A stretch of 64,000 bases of DNA, from positions 828 to 64,827 of the forward strand of contig JBHPGP010000001.1 of assembly GCA_042570305.1 (NCBI GenBank). Reading direction: 5' to 3'. The notes under the pieces are model-generated. The model was not told the DNA's origin. It made no database searches and saw only the letters and a list, made by a program, of their open reading frames with translations. This document shows positions 16,601 through 23,404 of this stretch, one piece after another (positions within the stretch are counted from its first letter, which is position 1; each line of letters opens with the position of its first letter). The stretch comes from Candidatus Omnitrophota bacterium (GTDB taxonomy: Bacteria; Omnitrophota; Gorgyraeia; Gygaellales; JAHJCI01). Both the position numbers and the translations under genes were made by a program.

Positions 16601-17485
16601 GGAAGGCAAATACCAGAATAATTCATTATCCTCCAGCAGGGTCTCCAAATCAGCCATTTCTTTTATATCCATAAGGAGATATTCTCTTAAGGCATTGATC
16701 TTCTGCTCCTTCACCTCAACGATATCCTCTTTATAATTCGGCTCTTGAGAAAATACGTAGGAGTAAGGCGATTCCTGTTCAGGGCCGCCAAAGAAATAAT
16801 ACAATATCTCTGCCTGGTTAGTCCATCCATTCTGGCCTCCATATTCCAGTTCTTCCAAGGCCAGGTTTACAAAGTCTGTGCTTGTTGCATAATCAGGATT
16901 ATTATCTAACGGGTGGGGTAGATAAATCGTCCTGGGTTTACATTCCTGTAGAATATCCTTTATATCAAAGAGCATGTTCTCCTTTGTATACCCTTGCTTT
17001 GCCCTGTTATATGTTGCGCGATAAGCAGAGGCATAAGTTCTCGTCATATCTGAATTATAATGCACTTCGTATCTCTCCTGCCAAAGATGCGACAATCCGT
17101 TATCAGGGTAACTTAAAAATATAATATCTTCCTTATCCAGGCCTAAGCCATTGGTTGCGGATAAAGCCTGTTTCTGAAACTCCTCTGCCCGGGCAATATA
17201 ATCATTGGGGGATAAAGCTTCTGGGTTTTGATTGAAGCCGGCGCGGGAGAGGCCAAACCTGCCTTCGCCATTAGTCAAAAACACAACCTTTATTTTTTTA
17301 TTTGCTTTAACTGCCTTGAGAATCGTTCCCCCGCAACATAGGGTTGCAACACCCGGGTGCGGTGAAAAGATGATTATGTCAGTGGAGGCTTGCTTGGCAT
17401 GGGCGGGAAAAAAGAACAGGAAAAGATAAGGCAGTGCGAGGATTAAAACCCTGGCCTTTAATTTACTGAGGATCAAATAACTCAC
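13628..17485 (-). CDS. Secreted multidomain carbohydrate-active enzyme: degenerate PIG-L-like domain, GH3 (NagZ-like) domain, intact PIG-L/LmbE deacetylase domain, and a GATase1/ThuA-like C-terminal domain
   Basis: The track ORF (to 17683) overlaps cpaF by 175 nt. An in-frame GTG at 17483-17485 gives VSYLILSKLKARVLILALPYLFLFFFPAHA, which looks like a signal peptide. Motifs seen are SPHPGVATLCCGG (degenerate), KHFPGLGHSRSDSH (GH3), AAHPDDEDG...DDHCQHQA (PIG-L) and FDTIVLGQGVY...NGGNLIVF. Confidence 0.7.
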   Translation of the reverse strand: MSYLILSKLKARVLILALPYLFLFFFPAHAKQASTDIIIFSPHPGVATLCCGGTILKAVKANKKIKVVFLTNGEGRFGLSRAGFNQNPEALSPNDYIARAEEFQKQALSATNGLGLDKEDIIFLSYPDNGLSHLWQERYEVHYNSDMTRTYASAYRATYNRAKQGYTKENMLFDIKDILQECKPRTIYLPHPLDNNPDYATSTDFVNLALEELEYGGQNGWTNQAEILYYFFGGPEQESPYSYVFSQEPNYKEDIVEVKEQKINALREYLLMDIKEMADLETLLEDNELFWYLPSNAQDYLKQLEHEWASISRSMQRQGYNINFAPVVDVADDIEDTSIPLARKKRIYSQDPDIVAELAYAVIKGMAKGGITPVLKHFPGLGHSRSDSHVWLPEIKISKKELLKKDFLPFMRLIKEPVNFWIMIGHAIYPDLKKELASLSRQIQTGILREELGFKGIIIVDELLVMQAVREYALQQEIKEPYIGEIVVRAFQAGADIAIFYVKSPQHAKETISSIIKHVKKAIEEGRIKQEDLDASLARILAEKERIFGKPLSHLLRDMTVEEKITQKLISDVYCRTEEEFNSWREVLSNYTLSGIHARDPRFIDKFQESSRIPMFITGQHEGGLVNQYGLNLYTRSAYLIGKEFERLGSGGKLKAHTRFSASNRTSPYARQQEACSRLDGQAKQSIIDSLVASQEEIIALFLKLHNTGYVSPNPNDLSPVIIHSDGRLEIKPFEDLPIEWLSMFSNQSQALCAYQLFKKAFEEWLDSQRGQGSVFKNIVAKFSDLKNSIRAQGNKGSIRVLCLAAHPDDEDGQALAYLKRKLGCSSYILLATRGEAGENELNQLLDKELGFLRTDEMERAASILGVNRVYYLGKHDFGYCRNPQEAFTVWGQQDTLERLVYFYRLIKPHIIITKHNKFNADDHCQHQALVILAEQAFDLAGDPAAYPEMQEQGLLPWQPLKFYQRRTGQEFSLKNDTDSDTVTIDVRQRIQPEDKTISQIALDALRQHRSQGDWQWLSTMYKQAEVSYQLAKSSVPVQQEYSFLDGIQTGLSLPVEDMQAPVPSGLPGVKIATPLRIGLVEENNNLLFIALKTLGCDFESLDADFLNRADLSQFDTIVLGQGVYSSDEALVKANNKHLLKFVKNGGNLIVFAPAYLRKQPEFSYAPYRIKMEFNPVTDEDAKIVILKPGHSLFNFPNKITALDFDGWLQDRGLSFAFEYSSKYTELISCFSQDIPLKGGYLIARYGRGSYIFTTYSWHRQLRDFHLGAYKNFANMLAFCYNEQD

Positions 17486-17507
17486 CTGAAATTTGCCAGG
17501 CGTTGTT

Positions 17508-19679
17508 TTAGGATTTTTTCTCAAATATCTCTTTTGACAGGGGGATGCCGCGGCTTTGTATCTCGTCAAAAAAGGTAGGCAACGTTCCGGTTGGGCGGAA
17601 TTCACCTTTGATATTGCCCTGCTCGTCAACAGAAACCTGATGAAAGGAAAAGATATCCTGTAATCCGATGTGTAATTCATCAAGCATCCCGGTAACCTCG
17701 GTTATTTGCAAAATCTTTCTTGAGCCATCCGAGAGTCGCGCTGTATGCACAATAATATCGATGGCTGAAGCAATCATCTCACGAATAGCGCGTATTGGTA
17801 TCTCTATGCCGCTCATCAGAATTAAGGAATCCAGGCGCGCTAAGACATCGTGGGTGGAATTGGCATGGATGGTGGTCATTGAGCCGTCGTGGCCCGTATT
17901 CATTGCCTGAAGCATATCCAGGCTTTCCGGCCCCCGGCATTCTCCAATAATAATCCGGTCTGGCCGCATACGCAAGGAATTGCGGAATAAATCGCGTACC
18001 GTTATAGCACCCTTGCCTTCAATGTTGGGAGGCCGCGACTCAAGCCTTACCCAATGCTGATGATGAAGTTTTAATTCTGCAGCGTCCTCAATAGTAAGTA
18101 CGCGCTCGCCCTGTGAAACATATTCAGAAAGTACGTTTAAAACCGTAGTTTTACCCGAACCGGTTCCCCCTGAAACGATTATATTCTTGCGCCCTAAAAC
18201 ACAAGCCCTCAAGAATTCAGACATTACATTATCAAGTGCGTTTAATCTTGTCAAATCCGCGATTTTAAGCCTCTCTCGTCCAAACTTACGGATAGTCAGA
18301 GTGGGGCCGGTAAGGGAAAGCGGAGGGATAATCGCATTAACCCGCGAACCATCGCTGAGTCGCGCATCCACCATCGGCACTGATTCATCTATTCTCCTTC
18401 CCAACGGCGCAATAATTCTCTCAATAATCTGGCGCACCTGCTCATTAGAAACGAACCGCTTAGAAGCCAACTCCAGCCTGCCGAACCTCTCCACGTAAAT
18501 CTGACTTTTGTTGTTAACCATAATATCGGTGATCTCCGCATCGTCAATCAGATCCTCCAATGGGCCAAAGCCCAGGGCTTCGTCGGTTATTTCTTTTACC
18601 AGGCGCTCGCGCTCCTCTCGGGTAGAAATTAATGTTCCTGCCTCCTGACTCAGTGCGTTATTTACTGACTTTATTGTCCTCTGCCGTAAATTTTCAATCT
18701 TTGTCTCATCTCCCGCAAAGCGGTCTAGCCTGCGCAAATCCAGCTCTTGAATAATCCGGCGGTGAACCCGTTTTTTCAATTCATCCATTCTTTCCTCGCG
18801 GCTTATATGCTTGGCAACCGCGGTGACTTCGCCCAGATGAACGGACTCCATAGGCGTGGGCAGGTTTTCTTCCGGCTTCTTAGGATGTGCGGAAAAGATT
18901 GTCTCCAGCTCCTGGTGGGAAATAAAAAAATCAGGGTGCTCCAGCAAATCTGCCGCTAATTTAATCAGTGTAGTGCTCACCCGGGAACGGGCGCTATCTA
19001 ATACTACGGGAACACGACGGTTCAAGGCAGAGCCAACAATCCTGCCCTCAGAGGGAATACGGGCGATTATGTCGCAAGGCAGAGCCATACTTACTTCCCG
19101 CCAGGTCACTGCTCCTTGAGATTCCGCGCGATTCAATATTGCCTTCATCATTCTCAGGGGAAGTAAATAAACTGACTGCAATATTTCGATTGCTTCTTTG
19201 GCCTGATAAACTGAAAGCACATCCGGGTTAACCACTATCAGGATTAGATTTGTCTGTTCAAACAGGGTAATCTGGAGTTTGCCAAAACTGCGGCCGGAAT
19301 CAACAACAATAAATTCATAATCCTTGCTGAGGTCTTTTAAAACCTGTGAGATGAATTGATAATCTATTAATGGCGCTTCCCTAGGGTTTAAAATAACAGA
19401 AAGCAGGTCAATCTTGCCTTTTGGATAATGGCAAATACAATTACGCAACTCGGAAGCAGCGTATTTGCCCTTCTTCCACTCGGAAGCCAAATTTACCAGC
19501 GCCTTATCTGATTTTAAATTAAGCATCCGCGCCATATCTCCGGGCAGATGCAGATCGATATCCAAAAGCAAGACCTTTTTATCTTTTAGTTTTTTTGCCA
19601 GGCAAACAGCGAGGTTAGTGGCAATAAGCGTTCTGCCAACACCGCCCTTTGTGCTGAAAACAGATATAGTCTGAGCCAT
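17508..19679 (-). CDS. cpaF: Fusion of a TadZ/CpaE-like ParA/MinD-type domain with the TadA/CpaF secretion ATPase
   Basis: 723 aa. The N-terminal ~255 aa read ISVFSTKGGVGRTLIATNLA...LLLDIDL...IVVDSG, a deviant Walker A with R in place of K as in CpaE/TadZ. The C-terminal part reads VSGGTGSGKTTVLN...IIIGECRGPESLDMLQAMNTGHDGSMTTIHANS, the T2SS-E/CpaF core. Confidence 0.85.
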   Translation of the reverse strand: MAQTISVFSTKGGVGRTLIATNLAVCLAKKLKDKKVLLLDIDLHLPGDMARMLNLKSDKALVNLASEWKKGKYAASELRNCICHYPKGKIDLLSVILNPREAPLIDYQFISQVLKDLSKDYEFIVVDSGRSFGKLQITLFEQTNLILIVVNPDVLSVYQAKEAIEILQSVYLLPLRMMKAILNRAESQGAVTWREVSMALPCDIIARIPSEGRIVGSALNRRVPVVLDSARSRVSTTLIKLAADLLEHPDFFISHQELETIFSAHPKKPEENLPTPMESVHLGEVTAVAKHISREERMDELKKRVHRRIIQELDLRRLDRFAGDETKIENLRQRTIKSVNNALSQEAGTLISTREERERLVKEITDEALGFGPLEDLIDDAEITDIMVNNKSQIYVERFGRLELASKRFVSNEQVRQIIERIIAPLGRRIDESVPMVDARLSDGSRVNAIIPPLSLTGPTLTIRKFGRERLKIADLTRLNALDNVMSEFLRACVLGRKNIIVSGGTGSGKTTVLNVLSEYVSQGERVLTIEDAAELKLHHQHWVRLESRPPNIEGKGAITVRDLFRNSLRMRPDRIIIGECRGPESLDMLQAMNTGHDGSMTTIHANSTHDVLARLDSLILMSGIEIPIRAIREMIASAIDIIVHTARLSDGSRKILQITEVTGMLDELHIGLQDIFSFHQVSVDEQGNIKGEFRPTGTLPTFFDEIQSRGIPLSKEIFEKKS

Positions 19680-19681
19680 AT

Positions 19682-21316
19682 TTAGTCTATGCTATAGGTA
19701 ATCGGTATATTTATCCAAAGTTCATTTTCTTCAATTTCCGGGGAAAAGGCAGGAAAGGGAGCAATGCTTTTTATCATCCCAATTGCACTCTCATCAAGCA
19801 CCCCCCAGCCTGATGATTGGCCGATTTTGACCTCGAGAAGTTCGCCTGTTGAGGCAAGATGCAGTGATAATACGACTGACCCCTCCAGGTTTTTTTCATG
19901 CGCCTCTTGGGGATAGACAAAATTATCTTGTATGAGTCTGACTACCTTTCTGGTATAGCTGGTTACTACCGGCTTTCTTATATCAGGATATGACTCTGCT
20001 GACTTTGTAAAGATATCCTTTTGCGAGCTGCCTTCTAAACCTGCCCGCATAGGAAATGCTTCGCTAATATTAAGAATGGTTGGCGTAAGCGTAATTATCA
20101 ATTCAGTATCGCCCAGTTCACCCCGTCCGCCTCCGGCTTTAGTCTTTTTGCCTCTAAAGAACACCCCCAGCAGAGGAATATCTCCCAAGAAAGGAATCTT
20201 GCTTATTGTCTCCTCATCCTTCTGTTTAATCAGACCGCTTATTGCTAACGTCTGGCCATTGTCCAGCAATAGCTGTGTCGAAGTATTGCGCTTAATCAAC
20301 GGATAAGCCAGGGCCGTAATTACGGTGGTTGAGCTGGTGGCTGATGACTCCTCTGAGCCAAGCGTCTCTGCCTCCGTAATCTCGCTAACCTCCACATTCA
20401 AGGCAACCTGGATTCGGTTCTCTGGCATAATCTTTGGCCTTATCTTTAACTTGATCCCGTACTCCTTATATGATACTTCTGTTCCCTCTTCTCCCTGCGT
20501 GCCAAATGCTGTGGTCAAAATCGGCTTCTCCCCTCCCACCAACAGCTCTGCTTCCTTGCCGCTCTGACATACTAGGCGAGGCCGAGAGAGCGTCCTGGCC
20601 TTACCTTCCTCAACCAAATAATCTAATGTAGCTACGAGATCCTGCCTTGTCCACTTCATAAGATGGAATAAGGCATCGGGCAAATCACTTAACTTAGCTC
20701 CATACCTGCCTGCGGGCTCAGCAAGCGCAATAACTCCTTGATGACTAAAGCCCAGGTCTTTTGTTGCGTCTTTGCTGACCTCTAAAATCTGTACCTCGAT
20801 TTCAATACTTGCTGTTTCTTCTTCTATTTTTATCAGATTAACGGTTTTGTCTTTAAGCGGGCCCAATGCGGTATCAATACGCCCCAAATCATCGGCAATA
20901 CTTGTCTTTCCTAAAAGCAAGATTTTTCCTTCGCTATCAGCCCGACGGGTATAAACACCGGGCAAATCTAACTCCTTAAGCAATCTATCAACGCGCTGCT
21001 GAACCGCCTCCATATCTTCAAGGAAAACCTGCAATTGTAACGCGTGCTGACCAAGGTCGTCCCACCAGATAAGGCTAGTCGTTCCCTGCCTCTTAGCCAT
21101 AATCACCATCTCAACCTTGGTGCTTGAAGTAACATCGGCAACATCAGGGTTGTTTATCGCTATCCTTGTGGGATTAGAAACATTAAAAACCTTAATCTCT
21201 CCCACATATAAAGTAATCAACTCTCCTTCTTTATAATCCGGCTGAGCGAAGCAAAAGCCATGGCAGGCGAGAACAATAAGCAATAGTAAAAATAAAATTC
21301 TGTCGATATTTCTCAT
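19682..21316 (-). CDS. cpaC: CpaC/RcpA-type secretin with a C-terminal TonB-C-like domain
   Basis: 544 aa with a signal peptide. It has a pilus N-terminal (BON-like) segment and a secretin core (LSRPRLVCQSGKEAELLVGGE...IPFLGDIPLLGVFFR). The last ~91 aa (19682-19957) read YPQEAHEKNLEGSVVLSLHLASTGELLEVKIGQSSGWGVLDESAIGMIKSIAPFPAF, the TonB_C pattern. Confidence 0.8.
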   Translation of the reverse strand: MRNIDRILFLLLLIVLACHGFCFAQPDYKEGELITLYVGEIKVFNVSNPTRIAINNPDVADVTSSTKVEMVIMAKRQGTTSLIWWDDLGQHALQLQVFLEDMEAVQQRVDRLLKELDLPGVYTRRADSEGKILLLGKTSIADDLGRIDTALGPLKDKTVNLIKIEEETASIEIEVQILEVSKDATKDLGFSHQGVIALAEPAGRYGAKLSDLPDALFHLMKWTRQDLVATLDYLVEEGKARTLSRPRLVCQSGKEAELLVGGEKPILTTAFGTQGEEGTEVSYKEYGIKLKIRPKIMPENRIQVALNVEVSEITEAETLGSEESSATSSTTVITALAYPLIKRNTSTQLLLDNGQTLAISGLIKQKDEETISKIPFLGDIPLLGVFFRGKKTKAGGGRGELGDTELIITLTPTILNISEAFPMRAGLEGSSQKDIFTKSAESYPDIRKPVVTSYTRKVVRLIQDNFVYPQEAHEKNLEGSVVLSLHLASTGELLEVKIGQSSGWGVLDESAIGMIKSIAPFPAFSPEIEENELWINIPITYSID

Positions 21317-22257
21317 TTTTCTTCTTCGGATAATGGCATAAAGCCTCTTTCCAATCCGCGATATACTTCAATCATTGTCTGTGGTCCTGTCGCGCGAGGC
21401 TCTGCTTTCCTGACAGGACGCGTAGGATATAGATATCGAAACAACGCATCCCAATCTGCTGTTTCAACCGGCTCTATACCAACATCATCCGATGAACGAA
21501 TAACCAATTTAATCTTTCCCTGTTCCTGGACAAAAGAAAGCAGAATGGATTCCTGTGGCGCCAGGGCAAGAGTAGCGGTGCGCATGCCAACACCTGACTT
21601 CCTCGACTTATCTTGCGTATCCTCCTGGCCGAAACTGGAAGTGGTATAAAATTCGCTGCCAACTGCCAATACCTCAACCCCTTGAAAAAGCGACACCAAG
21701 CGAGGCTTCTGACTATCCTCACCTAATCCCCCCACCCCAGAAGGCGGCGTGAGCAATGCCAGGACATCAACAAAATCTCCGGGCTTAAGCAAGCCGGATA
21801 CAGTAGAAGCACTGTCTACCGTAACAGTTACTGCCCTTTTGCCTTCGGGAGTAATCTCGGATAATGTTTTTCCTATTCTGCCTGGGGGTAGCAATTTTGT
21901 TTTAAGTATCTGTTCTCCCGCGGCAATTGGCGTAGATGAAATTTGACCGATCACTGCATCAAGAGAAGTAATCGCTCCTGGCTGGATATATTTAACCGGC
22001 ATCTCCTTGATTACGAGGTCCTCGGGGGTGACCGGAGTCTGCGGAGCAATATTAGTCGCTGCCAGCAGCACTATCCCGGTTCTCTCCGGCTGCGCCTGAA
22101 CAGCCGGCTGCATTTTTTTCTGGATCTCTTTTACCCTCGCCCACATTTCAGCTTCCCTGCGGCGCAGGTAAACATTAAGCAACAATATAGCTATAATTCC
22201 GCAGACTACAGCAATAATTAACGGAGACTTTTCACGTAATTTTTCCTTCAGCTGCAT
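21313..22257 (-). CDS. cpaB: Flp pilus assembly protein CpaB/RcpC
   Basis: 314 aa with an N-terminal TM helix. SAF-like segment ITPEDLVIKEMPVKYIQPGAITSLDAVIGQ...AGEQIL and RcpC-like segment KRAVTVTVD...LKPGDFVDVLA. Confidence 0.8.
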   Translation of the reverse strand: MQLKEKLREKSPLIIAVVCGIIAILLLNVYLRRREAEMWARVKEIQKKMQPAVQAQPERTGIVLLAATNIAPQTPVTPEDLVIKEMPVKYIQPGAITSLDAVIGQISSTPIAAGEQILKTKLLPPGRIGKTLSEITPEGKRAVTVTVDSASTVSGLLKPGDFVDVLALLTPPSGVGGLGEDSQKPRLVSLFQGVEVLAVGSEFYTTSSFGQEDTQDKSRKSGVGMRTATLALAPQESILLSFVQEQGKIKLVIRSSDDVGIEPVETADWDALFRYLYPTRPVRKAEPRATGPQTMIEVYRGLERGFMPLSEEEK

Positions 22258-23169
22258 CTATTTTATTCTTTCTTCATATACTACAATTTGGGCGCCTTCC
22301 ATCAGCTGGCTGCTTAACTCCTGTAGCTTCTGCTGCTGCTTCAGGAACAAAACATTCCTTTTGATTTCGTCCCATACCTCGGATAGCGACTTTGCTTGAC
22401 CGCCCCTGACCAGCTCAACCTTGACAATATAATATCCGCGCTTATCCTTAAACACATTGCTTATCTGTCCGGCTCCCAGGGCAGGAGAAAAAACTACTTC
22501 ATCAAATCTGAGAAAATCATTTCCGCGCTGGCCCTTTTTTATAAATCCCAGGCTCCCCCCGGAAGAGGCGTTTTCTGACTGCGAGCGTTCCCGAGCCAAT
22601 TGACCAAAATCTGCACCCTTTAACAATTCAATTAAAGTTTCCTTCGCACCGGCCTCATTGTCAAGAACAATCTCCCTCACCTGCCTCTCTTCCGTCTGGC
22701 GATATTGCTCCTTATAAAGATTATAAAAATCTTCGACCTCTGAAGAGGTAACCAGTATATTTTCTGTCTTTTGCTGCAGTAACTGGTTAGCTAAAACATT
22801 AATCTCTAGGTTCCTTAAGAGTTCCTGATTCTTGGGCAGTTTATCCAAGCCTTGCTTTTTCGCCTCTTGATAAAAAAGATAGCTTCTGACCAGCTCTTCG
22901 TTCAAATAAGCCAATTTCTCTTCGCGGGCAGTAATCTGGGCTTCGGGGCTGCCTACCAACTCATTATAGCCCTGAATTGCCTGCTCTAAATATTCTAAGG
23001 TAATTGGCATGCCGTTAACCTTGGCAATAATCGTTCCCTCAACCGGCATGAATTTCTCTTTAGAAACCAATTTAGAGACAAACGGCAACTGGGCAAGCTT
23101 CTCGCATCCCGCTAATGATAAGGCTGCCGTTGCGCAAAGAACTAAAGCCAAAATTGCCTTTTTATTCAT
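22258..23169 (-). CDS. Parvulin-type peptidyl-prolyl isomerase lipoprotein (PrsA/SurA-like)
   Basis: A PpiC rotamase region is present (VREIVLDNEAGAKE...GGSLGFIKKGQ...RGYYIVKVE). The lipobox LSLAGC follows MNKKAILALVL. The ATG at 23169 with AGGAGG 8 nt upstream is preferred to the track start at 23214. Confidence 0.75.
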   Translation of the reverse strand: MNKKAILALVLCATAALSLAGCEKLAQLPFVSKLVSKEKFMPVEGTIIAKVNGMPITLEYLEQAIQGYNELVGSPEAQITAREEKLAYLNEELVRSYLFYQEAKKQGLDKLPKNQELLRNLEINVLANQLLQQKTENILVTSSEVEDFYNLYKEQYRQTEERQVREIVLDNEAGAKETLIELLKGADFGQLARERSQSENASSGGSLGFIKKGQRGNDFLRFDEVVFSPALGAGQISNVFKDKRGYYIVKVELVRGGQAKSLSEVWDEIKRNVLFLKQQQKLQELSSQLMEGAQIVVYEERIK

Positions 23170-23206
23170 GTGTTTTCCTCCTGTTTTATTCTTTTCTTTT
23201 AAACAT

Positions 23207-23234
23207 ATTATCACAAATAAAAAAATGAAGTCAA
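23207..23234 (-). promoter_or_regulatory. Sigma70-type promoter (extended -10) for the PPIase-cpaB-cpaC... operon
   Basis: On the minus strand, TTGACT (23229-23234), a 16-nt spacer, then TGtGATAAT (-10 at 23207-23212). Confidence 0.55.
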
Positions 23235-23246
23235 TACATTTTTATC

Positions 23247-23324
23247 TGGTAGCCCCAACGAGATTTGAACTCGTGCCTAATGGCTGAGAACCATTTGTCC
23301 TGAACCAGGCTAGACGATGGGGCC
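23247..23324 (-). tRNA. tRNA-Glu (anticodon CTC), CCA encoded
   Basis: The reverse complement is GGCCCCATCGTCTAGCCTGGTTCAGGACAAATGGTTCTCAGCCATTAGGCACGAGTTCAAATCTCGTTGGGGCTACCA. The anticodon stem is AATGG/CCATT with loop TTCTCAG. Confidence 0.85.
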
Positions 23325-23369
23325 GTCGCTATATTTTAATCAATAATCATACGTGGGTCAACTAATTTA

Positions 23370-23398
23370 TTGACCATGAGGGATTTTTGTATTAGAAT
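23370..23398 (+). promoter_or_regulatory. Sigma70-type promoter of the FIST-HK-RR operon, positioned for a leaderless transcript
   Basis: TTGACC (23370-23375), a 17-nt spacer, then TAGAAT (23393-23398). The ATG of the FIST gene begins 7 nt after the -10 element and has no SD. Confidence 0.55.
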
Positions 23399-23404
23399 CC
23401 TCAT

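Noticed and set aside
17486-17683. N-terminal 66 codons of the track ORF 13628-17683
   Set aside because: They overlap the 3' end of the ATPase gene by 175 nt and precede an obvious signal peptide. A downstream in-frame GTG (17485) is more plausible, although its SD is weak.
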